A stretch of DNA of 64,000 nucleotides, taken from assembly GCF_004010195.1 (NCBI RefSeq), contig NC_057719.1, forward strand, positions 18,319,438 through 18,383,437, in the 5' to 3' direction. The notes beneath the pieces are model-generated. The model did no database searches. It had not been told where the DNA came from and was given only the letters and a program-made list of their open reading frames with translations. Positions 50,059-60,768 of the stretch are shown here, in pieces. The stretch is from Chiloscyllium plagiosum. Taxonomy: Eukaryota. The stretch's first letter is position 1; each line of letters starts with the position of its first letter. The position numbers were made by a program, and so were the translations under genes.

Positions 50059-53000
50059 AGTCAGACCCACACCGGGAGCACCGTGCACAGTTCCCGTCTC
50101 TGTATCCCTCAGTCAGACCCACACCGGGAGCACCGTGCACAGTTCCCGTCTCTGTATCCCTCAGTCAGACCCACACCGGGAGCACCGTGCACAGTTCCCG
50201 TCTCTGTATCCCTCAGTCAGACCCACACCGGGAGCACCGTGCACAGTTCCCGTCTCTGTATCCCTCAGTCAGACCCACACCGGGAGCACCGTGCACAGTT
50301 CCTGTCTCTGTATCCCTCAGTCAGACCCACACCGGGAGCACCGTGCACAGTTCCCGTCTCTGTATCCCTCAGTCAGACCCACACCGGGAGCACCGTGCAC
50401 AGTTCCCGTCTCTGTATCCCTCAGTCAGACCCACACCGGGAGCACCGTGCACAGTTCCCGTCTCTGTATCCCTCAGTCAGACCCACACCGGGAGCACCGT
50501 GCACAGTTCCCGTCTCTGTATCCCTCAGTCAGACCCACACCGGGAGCACCGTGCACAGTTCCCGTCTCTGTGTCCCTCAGTCAGACCCACACCGGGAGCA
50601 CCGTGCACAGTTCCCGTCTCTGTATCCCTCAGTCAGTCCCACACCGGGAGCACCGTGCACAGTTCCCGTCTCTGTATCCCTCAGTCAGTCCCACACCGGG
50701 AGCACCGTGCACAGTTCCCGTCTCTGTATCCCTCAGTCAGTCCCACACCGGGAGCACCGTGCACAGTTCCCGTCTCTGTGTGCCTCAGTCAGACCCACAC
50801 CGGGAGCACCGTGCACATTTCCTCGTCTCTGTATCCCTCAGTCAGACCCACACCGGGAGCACCGTGCACAGTTCCCGTCTCTGTATCCCTCAGTCAGACC
50901 CACACCGGGGGCACCGTGCACAGTTCCCATCTCTGTGTCCCTCAGTCAGACCCACACCGGGAGCACCGTGCACATTTCCTCGTCTCTGTATCCCTCAGTC
51001 AGACCCACACCGGGAGCACCGTGCACAGTTCCCGTCTCTGTATCCGTCAGTCAGACCCACACCGGGAGCACCGTGCACAGTTCCCGTCTCTATATCCCTA
51101 AGTCAGACCCACACCGGGAGCACCGTGCACATTTCCTCGTCTCTGTATCCCTCAGTCAGACCCACACCGCGAGCACCGTGCACAGTTCCCGTCTCTCTAT
51201 TCCTCAGTCAGTCCCGCACCGGGAGCACCGTTCACAGTTCCCGTCTCTATACCCCTCAGTCAGACCCACACCGGGAGGACCGTGCACAGTTCCCGTCTCT
51301 GTGTCCCTCAGTCAGACCCAATCCGTGAGCACCATGCACAGTTGCCGTCTCTGTATCCCTCAGTCAGACCCACACCGGGAGCACCGTGCACAGTTCCTGT
51401 CTCTGTATCCCTCAGTCAGACCCACACTGGGAGCACCGTGCACAGTTCCCCGTCTCTGTATCCCTCAGTCAGACCCACACCGGGAGCACCGTGCATAGTT
51501 CCCGTCTCTCTATTCCTCGGTCAGTCCCGCACCGGGAGCACCGTTCACAGTTCCCGTCTCTATACCCCTCAGTCAGACCCACACCGGGAGCACCGTGCAC
51601 AGTACCCCGTCTCTGTGTCCCTGAGTCAGACCCACACCGGGAGCACCGTGCACAGTTCCCTTATCTGTATCCCTCGGTCAGACCCACACCGGGAGCACCG
51701 TGCACAGTTCCCATCTCTGTGTCCCTCAGTCAGACCCACACCGGGATCACCGTGCACAGTTCCCCATCTCTGTATCCCTCAGTCAGACCCACACCGGGAG
51801 CACCGTTCACAGTTCCCATCTCTGTATCCCTCAGTCAGACCCACACCGGGAGCACCGTGCACAGTTCCTGTCTCTATATCCCTCAGTCAGACCAACACCG
51901 GGAGCACTGTGCACAGTTCCTGTCTCTATATCCCTCAGTCAGACCCACACCGGGAGCACCGTTCACAGTTCCCGTCTCTGTGTCCCTCAGTCAGACCCAC
52001 ACCGGGAGGACCGTGCACAGTTCCCCGTCTCTGTGTCCCTCAGTCAGACCCACACCGGGAGCACCGTGCACAGTTCCCGTCTCTGTATCCCTCAGTCAGA
52101 CCCACACCGGGAGCACCGTGCACAGTTCCCGTCTCTGTAACCCACAATCAAACCCACACCGGGAGCACCGTGCACAGTTCCCGTCTCTGTATCCCTTAGT
52201 CAAAACCACACCGGGAGCACCGTGCACAGTTCCCCGTCTCTGTATCTCTCAGTCAGACCCACACCGGGAGCACCGTGCACAGTTCCCTTCTCTGTATCCC
52301 TCAGTCAGACCCACACCGGGAGCACCGTGCACAGTTCCCGTCTCTGTATCCCTCAGTCAGACCCAAACCGGGAGCACCGTGCACAGTTCCCAGTCTCCGT
52401 ATCCCTCAGTCAGATCCACACCGGGAGCTCCGGACACAGTTCCCATCTCTGTATACCTCAGTCAGACCCACACCGGGAGCACCGTTGACAGTTCCTGTCT
52501 CTGTATCCCTCAGTCAGACCCACACAGGGAGTACTGTGCACAATTCCCGTGTCTGTATCCCTCAGTCAGACCCACACCGGGAGCACCGTGCACATTTCCT
52601 CGTCTCTGTATCCCTCAATCAGACCCACACCGGGAGCACCGTGCACAGTTCCCGTCTCTGTATCCCTCAGTCAGACCCACACCGGGAGCACCGTGCACAG
52701 TTCCCGTCTCTGTATCCCTCAGTCAGACCCACACCGGGAGCACCGTGCACAGTTCCCGTCTCTGTGTCCCTCAGTCAGACCCACACCGGGAGCACCGTGC
52801 ACAGTACCCGTCTGTGTCCCTCAGTCAGACACACACCGGGAGCACCGTGCACAGTTCCCGTCTCTGTATCCCTCAGTCAGACCCACACCGGGAGCTCTGT
52901 GCACAGTTCCTGTCTCTATATCCCTCAGTCAGACACACACCGGGAGCACCGTGCACAGTTCCCGTCTCTGTAACCCACAATCAGACCCACACCGGGAGCA

Positions 53001-53569
53001 CCGTGCACAGTTCCCGTCTCTGTATCCCTCTGTCGGACCCACACCGGGAGCACCGTGCACAGTTCCCCGTCTCTGTTTCCCTCAGTCAGACCAACACCGG
53101 GAGCACCGTGCACAGTTCCCCGTCTCTGTATCCCTCAGTCAGACCAACACCGGGGGCCTCCGTGCACAGTTCCCCGTCTCTGTTTCGCTCAGTCAGACCA
53201 ACACCGGGAGCACCGTGCACAGTTCCCGTCTCTATGTCCCTCAGTCAGACCCACACCGGGAGCACCGTGCACAGTTCCCCGTCTCTGTAACCCACAATCA
53301 GACCCACACCGGGAGCACGGTGCACAGTTCCCGTCTCTGTGTCCCTCAGTCAGACCCACACCGGGAGCACCGTGCACAGTTCCGTCTCTGTATCCCTCAG
53401 TCAGACACACACCGGGAGCACCGTGCACAGTTCCCGTCTCTGTATCCCTCAGTCAGACCCACACCGGGAGCACCGTGCACAGTTCCCGTCTCTGTGTCCC
53501 TCAGTCAGACCCACACCGGGAGCACCGTGGACAGATCCCGTCTCTGTATCCCTCAGTCAGACCCACACC
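50059..53569 (+). repeat. 52-bp GC-rich tandem array, about 67 units
   Basis: Unit GTCAGACCCACACCGGGAGCACCGTGCACAGTTCCCGTCTCTGTATCCCTCA (32/52 G+C, 3 CpG). The period is 52 (50061 to 50113), with occasional 50-53-bp variants. Confidence 0.99.
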
Positions 53570-53659
53570 TAGTGTAGGTTAGGTGGGCTTGGATCGGCGC
53601 AACATCGAGGGCCAAAGGGCCTGTACTGCGCTGTATTCTTCTATGTTCTATGTTCTATG
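53570..53659 (+). mobile_element. CR1 last ORF2 codon, stop, 3' UTR and tail
   Basis: Nearly identical to 45720-45809 (TAGTGTAG.TTAGGTGGGCTTGGATCGGCGCAACATCGAGGGCC.AAGGGCCTGTACTGCGCTGTATTCTTCTATG...). Confidence 0.95.
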
Positions 53660-53815
53660 TGTTGGACTGGGTTCGACAAGGTCAAAAATCTCACAACACC
53701 AGGGTATAGTCCAACAGGTTTATTTGAAAACTCTAGGTGAAGGAGCAACGCTCCAAAAGTTAGTGTTTTCAAATAGAGCGATTGGACTATGACCTGGTGG
53801 TGTGCGAATTTTGAC
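53660..53815. mobile_element. PLE family B palindromic element (major part; its first bases lie at ~49779-49890)
   Basis: Inverted arms GTCAAAAATCTCACAACACCAGGGTATAGTCCAA / TTGGACTATGACCTGGTGGTGTGCGAATTTTGAC around a degenerate hammerhead GGTGAAGGAGCAACGCTCCAAAAG. Confidence 0.75.
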
Positions 53816-54680
53816 ATTGACAGGAAAGGCACACGTTGTTTAACCTCAGTGTATAGCAGGTAAGACACACAAATGTACTCCTGATCACCAACATGGGGGT
53901 GTATGAGGAGGCTTATCAGAGTCTGCATTTACAGGAACTAAATTCTGCTCCAAAAACTCCCCATACAACAGGCATGGCACCCCACTCACGGTTTCAAAAC
54001 TGAGTTTTCAGCAGTTAACCTTTCTGTAGCTGCTTTTTTTTAAAATTCATTCTTCAGATGTGGGTGTCTCTGGCATTAAGACCAGCATTTATTGCCCATC
54101 TGTATACAAGAATGTCCCTGATGGAGGAATCCTGTTCGACTCCTTGTGACATTAAAAATTGCTGATGCAGACATCTCTCAATCAACGTGTACAAGCAAAG
54201 AGGATTCTTCTTTCAAAATCTTACCTGCAACTTTCAACTAAAAAACAAGATCAGCAGCTGGCCCTTTGCCAGGCCTCTCATTTGCAGTCTGTGACAGTTC
54301 TACTGGCCCCACTTCCCTCCCATCCCACGGTAAGGTTTCAAAAACAACAGACTCTCTGCACGATCTGTCACTGTCCCCGTCCCCACCTTGGCCTCTGAAC
54401 ACTGTCGGGCTCATTGAAACGAGAATGTCTACCAGAACTATGGTTACTTTTTAAAGAAACCGATACCTCTTAATCGGCACAAAAGTCACGGACCTTGCTA
54501 TCCCTTCATGCGCAGCCTACTTAAAAAGGGCTTCAAATCAATTTGAAGCATTGATCGGAGCTGCTGGTTTGAACATGTTTGCACAGATAGCAGCTATGTG
54601 AAACTGTCCCTTCTGCCTCATAGCTGTCCGCTTCACAACAGATCAGAGAAATAGCAGGTGAAAGTACAACATTAGAGGAC

Positions 54681-54860
54681 TGATTTGGAGATACTGGTGT
54701 TGAACTGGGGTGTACAAATTTAAAATCACACAACACCAGGTTATAGTCCAATAGGGTTAATTGGAAAGCACGAGCTTTCGGAGCGCTGCTCCTTCATCCG
54801 AAAGCGAGTGCTTCCACTTAAACCTGTTCAACTATAACCTGGTGTTGTGTAATTTTTAAC
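54681..54860. mobile_element. PLE family B palindromic insertion
   Basis: Arms 54722-54782 / 54797-54857. Minus-strand GAUGA-A-GGAGC-AGC-GCUCC-GAAAG-CUC. Flanks AACATTAGAGGA / AACATTTTGAGGA resemble a TSD. Confidence 0.75.
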
Positions 54861-55674
54861 ATTTTGAGGAAGCAGGCCTGGCCAGATTCGAGTTGCATCA
54901 GTATACTTAGCAATTAAAAAGGGATGAACTTATTCTTCAAAAGCAACTTCTGAAACACTAAAATACAAAGTATAAAATCATATTCAATGGGTTAAAATTA
55001 AACTCTTGGTACAGGTTGTGCCCAAAATGTTTGAATACTAATCACTCACCATGGGCCAAGTACAAACATTTAGGAGACAAGACTTCATTAAATTGTTAAA
55101 TTTAAGATAACTATTGATATGCAATTTCAATTCACTAGAAGTATTTGCTCTGAACTCAGTTGCAAATGGATTTTGAATTTGTCCATCCATGAGGGAGGTA
55201 GAACTGACCTTTATTCAATTGCTGGACCTGTGATTCTCAAACATCAACATCCAAGATAGTGAATGCTAACAGAAACTGTGTTATCAGGACTTTGTGCAAT
55301 CAGACAGGCAGTGAGTTGCAGTTTGACCAACTTCAGACCTCTGTTTTGGAAGTAACAATCCAAAGAATTGTGGAATTGTTTCATTTCAAGGCACACTGAC
55401 AATTCTTACCATCACAGATTTAAATATGAATGTAAAGCATTCATGCTCAAAGGTGCAAATGATTTGCATAACTCTGACTGCACTCACCACCACTTTCTCA
55501 AGGGCAATGAGGGATGGGTAATATTGCCAGCGACGCCCACATTCTATGAACGAATTTAAAAACAGTGATCAAGCTATCTATTAAAAGCATCATTATTGAA
55601 AAATAAACTTCAAGTAGCAATGTGTTTACGATCTGGTATCTGAATACAACTGACTTCATTCATAGTCAATATTT

Positions 55675-55762
55675 GAGTGGTGCTGGAAAAGCACAGCAGG
55701 TCAGGCAGCAGCCCAGGAAAAAGAAAAATTGACTTTTCGGGCAAAAGCCCTTCAACAGGAAA
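55675..55762 (-). mobile_element. PLE family A fragment
   Basis: Matches 9096-9181, with a mutated hammerhead core. Confidence 0.7.
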
Positions 55763-56292
55763 GGGTTTTGTTCATATGTTAGTCTGGCTTAGACACTGGC
55801 ATTCTGAATTAACAGGTTGTAGGGTCAATACATACTGCAAATATGCAAGTATAATCATTGCAGACACTTAAATCATGAAGTGTGCTTCTCTGGTGAAGAT
55901 ATCTTCCTATGGGGTGAGTTTTTCCGGACTAACATTTAATCTGCTTACTTGAGTTTACATAAGTGATCACATGACAATTGCTGAAATGCAAGAAGGTATC
56001 TCAATCACTATATTTCTTCATTATTCCAATAAAAAGTGAAGCTCATCCAACAGTGATGAAAAATTTAATGCAATGTGTTTCAGAGTGAAAGTAACATTGG
56101 TGAGGGAATTAGAGAAGCGATACTATTGAGGTGAGGAGAACATAGATTCAGATGGGCGAGTGAGACATCAGTCGGGCAGATCCCTTTAACTTAAATGATC
56201 CTCGTTCAAGCTGAGCTTTCTCTAAATGTTGCTGTCCACTGTTGCTATTGCAGACATTCAGAAATGCAGAGCTGACTGGATGCAAAGGGTGG

Positions 56293-56470
56293 TATAATGA
56301 TTGGAACCAAGTGGATCTTATTGACAAGGAGATGCTTGACTGGGGCTGTTAACCTGGGCCAAACATGGAGCCCTGGCTGACATATGTAAACGCACTTCAG
56401 GGACTGACTGTGCACATGTAAATAAAAGGTGACTTGGTGACGGGATACCAGCCTCTGTGCAGTTATTTCA
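56293..56470 (+). mobile_element. Solo LTR with 5-bp TSD
   Basis: GGTGG at 56288-56292 and 56471-56475; ends TATTTCA; contains AATAAA; homologous to 32229-32464 with an internal deletion. Confidence 0.75.
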
Positions 56471-57264
56471 GGTGGTTAGTGGCAAAGAAACAAGATTTTT
56501 TCAAAAAGATAATAAGACAAAAATCTAGTGCAAGAATACAGGTTCCCAATCTCCTAATGTGAAGCTGACACAGGTTTGCCATTGACAAGATAATATTTTC
56601 TGATTGTATTTTGGCTCACAAAGCATGGGGACATACCATGAGGGCCAGTAAACACCCATTGATCCATCCAGACTATCACATACAATTTTGTTATCTTGTC
56701 TATTGCAATATACACTTTCACCACACCCAAAAAATAAAGCGATCATTTGAAACAAAAAAAAATTCAGAAGCAGGAGAATTTGGGAACAATAATCTGGGAA
56801 AATCTTCCCTGTCTCGCCTCCTCAAGGAGATCATTTCAATGGGATTTGAATAGAACCATAAAGTCATAGAGATGTACAGCACGGAAACAGACCCTTCGGT
56901 CCAACCCGTCCATGCCGACCAGATATCCCAACCCAATCTAGTCCCACCTGCCAGCACCCGATACACAATGTTTTTAAATGTTGGAGTTCAGCCTGAAATC
57001 TGCAGATTGGGCACCATGTCGGAATCAGTCTAGTCATTAAAACATTTCAGGTTTTGAAAGCAGTTTGCAACTTCCTAACATTAAATGTTCCACTGAAGAT
57101 ATAAGAGATACAATGACAATGAGTTCAAACACTGTTGCAGGATTAGAACATATAGTGCAGACTGACACTTCAGTGTGCAATAAACTGTAGGTTCTACACT
57201 ATGGAGTTCTTGTGTTTCAAATGAAGCATTAAAACAATTGGTGCAAAAGGTTCTGGCACAATCA

Positions 57265-57670
57265 TCAGAATGATTCCAGATTTGGAGAGCTTACAAGGTT
57301 ACAAGGTTAGGCTGCAGAAACTGGGATTCTCTGTTGAGGCCGAAGCAGTGAGATTGACCAGATGTGCACAAGATTATGACAAGTTTGGATAAAGTATACA
57401 AAGAAATATCTGTTCCCATTAGCTGATGGAAAAAGGACTAAGAGACCCATGATGTAAGGCTTTGGGTGAAAGATGCAGCAGGAACGCAGTGTGGGAGTAT
57501 TTTTTTCACACTGTGAGTAGTGTCTGGAACTTGCTGGTCACAAAAGTGGTAGGAGCAAAGATTTCAAAAGAAAATTGGATGGACCTTCAAAAAAAAAATT
57601 TGCTCCATGGTGAGCTGTCATAGAGTTTATGAACTGAATAACCTCCATCTGTGCTGCAAGTAATTCTATG
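57265..57670 (+). mobile_element. Degenerate CR1 3' fragment
   Basis: RMIPDLES...VRLQKLG, DFKRKLD motifs and tail CTGAATAACCTCCATCTGTGCTG. Confidence 0.65.
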
Positions 57671-58534
57671 TGTCTTTGAGCAAGAACAGGGGAAAGATAC
57701 CCTGATATCCTACATAGTATTTATCTGCTCATTTAACGATTTGATGCTTGTAAGCCCTTGCTAGATACAAAATGGCTGCAGTGATTCCCTAAATAATCAG
57801 TGATTGAACTTTAAAAATACATCATGGGATAATCATGGATGTGCAGCTAATCCCTATCATTTTTCTTGATTGAATTCATATTGTCAGCATTTTCAGTCAC
57901 CAAAACACTTTAATTGATAAAAGAGTGGTGCTCTGTCAATTCTCAATTCCTTGACGATTTAGGGTTGGTCCACATCTTCAATCAGTTGTACGCTTACAAG
58001 TTCTGCAGGGTCTTACTGAATTCAGGGTAAAGACTGACTTCGCAAGTGCTGCACGGGAAGAGGACATGTGCAGAATTTGGGTCAGACAGGGAAGGAAATG
58101 GTTAAAGTGCTGTATGCTTTCTTACTGGTACCAGAAAAGGGCAGGATTATTGTTCTCATAATCAGCTCAGTTTAACAGATTCACACTTGCAAATGTAGAA
58201 ATGGGGGATTGGTACAGTATGCAAAACTGCATACTTAACTGAAAACCACCCTTATTATTACATACTTAACAGAACAGGTGTCCACAGAAATGAACAGAGA
58301 AGATTTTGATTGTAAGATGCATATTTAATTAAACAGGCTTCACACTTGACAAGTGCAATGCTTAGTGCAAAAAATCAGTCTGCTTAAAGTTTGGTATTAC
58401 CTTTTTAAGAAGCGGTGACATACAATTCTACTGAATGAAATGTGGGATTCTCAACTCTAAGGTTTGTCCGGTAAGTGCCACTGTGTAAAACTAGTGCCCT
58501 CTTTTGTCAGCACTTAAGTCTACAATACAAGAAG

Positions 58535-59985
58535 TATAAACTAGAAGTAATGGAAATATTTTGCAGGTCACACAGCATCTGTGGAGAGGGAAACATTTTG
58601 TGTTTTCTATTCAGGTGAATGAGGTTGTTAACTCTGGAAAACAGTATTTGGAGCCCTAGATGATTATAAGGTCGAAGGTAAGAAGGCAGGGTTTGGATCT
58701 CCTGCAATGTCTCTGAAAAGCATTGCATGAAAGGTAAGTGGTGTTCGGGAGACAGGAATAATGAATCAATATGCCACAAGAGAAGAGTCCCTTTGGAATT
58801 CTGGGAGGAAAGATATATTTGGTGGCAGCATTGTGCTGAAAGTGGTGGAAGTGGTGGAGATTGATCAATTAAATGGTGGTGGCTAATAGGTGGAAGGCGA
58901 GGACAAAGTGAATCCTTTCATCTCCTTTCAAATCACCTTTCATGCCCTCAGTCTCACCTTGTGAGTAACACAACAATTTGCACATCTCCTTTAGTTTTAT
59001 TTCAGTTACTGTTTCTCACTGCTAATATTTCAAGAACAAATGCAGATTGGACCATTACTTTGCTGAACGTGCTTTCATCTGAAGCATGGTCTCTGTTAGC
59101 TTGCTGTTTTTATCTGTCTGTGCCACTCCATCTTGGGCCTCTCCACCTCAGATGTTTTGGCTCTTCCAAAAATGCTTAATGTGAGACTCCTGAAACGTAA
59201 CCTCATTATTTTATTAGCCACTTTGCAGCCTTCAAAGCTCAACATTCAATAACTTAGTATAACGGCTGGAAGATTCCAAAATTTCTCCCAAAGAGTTGTG
59301 AATCTGTGGAATTCGCTACCACAAAATGCAGTGGATTCGGGGACAGTGAGTAAAGTTAAGAAGGCGTTAGACAGATTTTTAATTGGTAAAGCGCTGAAGG
59401 GATATGGACAGAAGCCAGGAAAATGGAGGTGATGAGCATATCAGCTATGACCGAATGGCAAAGTAGACTCAATGGTCCAAATGGCCTAATTCTGCTCCTA
59501 TATCTTATGAACTTATGAACTTCAGGAGATGATCATTGCTTCCATTTCTTTCAGACCATAGGGACAAAAAAGGATGGAAGACAAATATTGGTCTTGCCAG
59601 ACTTGCCAACACCCCATTAAAGGTGGCCATGTACAAATTCTTTTTTTGCTATCTTTATCCATCATTTATTTCTTTATTTGTCCTATTTCTACCCACACAT
59701 ACCTGAATTTTACCACCAACCTGTCATCGTTCAAACACAATTGCTGTACACCCATCACAAAACTTCCCTTTTGCTCATTTATGCATCCCCTCTCCTCAGT
59801 CCCTCTTTCCCAGTCTTTACACTTGCTCAAAACAGTTAAAACATCTCCAACTGCTGATGAAAGGCCAGAAGCGAAAGCATTAACGCTGTTGCTCTATCAC
59901 AGACACTGGCTAATGTGTCAAGTGCTGCTGTATCTTTTTTTTTTATTTGATATTTCCAGCATCCATAGATTTTTGAATTTTGTTT
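58535..59985. mobile_element. Old PLE relics (minus 58535-58920; plus ~59180-59985) with a CR1 3' end nested at ~59280-59520
   Basis: ORF 58656-58868 (HHFHHFQHNAATKYIFP) resembles the PLE RT-EN linker. Plus-strand end has CTGATGAAAGG...GAAAGCATTAAC and TTCCAGCATC. The CR1 piece has RVVNLWNSLPQ and tail (TTATGAAC)n. Confidence 0.6.
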
Positions 59986-60768
59986 TAGTGAATGCTGAAC
60001 TACAAAAGGAAAATGACTGTCCTGGTGGAAGGCAGCATATGAATACCAATAAATAGTTTAGACTATAAATAACCATTGCATACAGCTCGACAGCCGTAAC
60101 TACAGGAGTTCTGCTTAGCAGTTTAAGTAAATACAATCCTTTCTCTCTTGTTTCTGAGATAGCTATGTGCAGTTGGTTCAAAATCTTCTGGATGCTGATT
60201 TTAAATGCAACCATTGTTTGCTTGTGCTGCTTTTTACTTGTAGTGTACTCCAGCAGTGTCACTGGCAGAGCACCTTTGAAAATTTTTGTCACAAAGAACG
60301 ACTCACTCTTTTCTTTCTCTGCCTTTTTTTCTGTGGTTGCTTTTCTTTTCAACTTAACGCCGTTTAATCTTCAGCCAGGGTTTTGCAACTCCCATTAATT
60401 CAATCGTACTCACGTGAGGATCAGTGATTCAGGAGGTAGAACAGAAGACGCTGGAAATACTCAGGAGGTCAGGCAGCATCTGGGAACCAAGGAACAGGGT
60501 TCATGTTGAAGGTGGATGACCTCTGGGGCAAGTGAGAGCATCAGCAGGTCCTTTTACGGGACAGTAGAGGCAGAATGCCAGGAGAGGTAGCAGAAGATGC
60601 AGGGAGAAATCGAGGCATGACTGAAAACAGGAGAGATTTAAATCGCAAAAGCAAAGGAGTTTAAAAAAAGACACAAAGATGGATCTGAAAACATTGGAGT
60701 TGATCAAGTGTGGCGCTGGAGAAGGCACAGCAGCTCAGGCAGCATTAGGACCTTCTGCTGAAAATATT

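Noticed and set aside
50086..50120. V(D)J recombination signal in the unit (CACAGTT)
   Set aside because: The heptamer is imperfect, there is no ACAAAAACC-like nonamer at 12 or 23 bp, and no Ig/TCR segments were seen.
50059..53569. CRISPR array
   Set aside because: Units are contiguous with no unique spacers, there are no cas genes, and the context is vertebrate.
49737..53582. Long ORFs of 300-634 aa as real genes
   Set aside because: They overlap in all three frames and arise from a stop-free 52-bp unit; frequent 1-bp indels show no frame maintenance.
59918..60398. 144-aa minus ORF and overlapping plus ORFs as a host exon
   Set aside because: No recognisable domain, low-complexity Lys/Phe bias, and the ORF end runs into a PLE tail.
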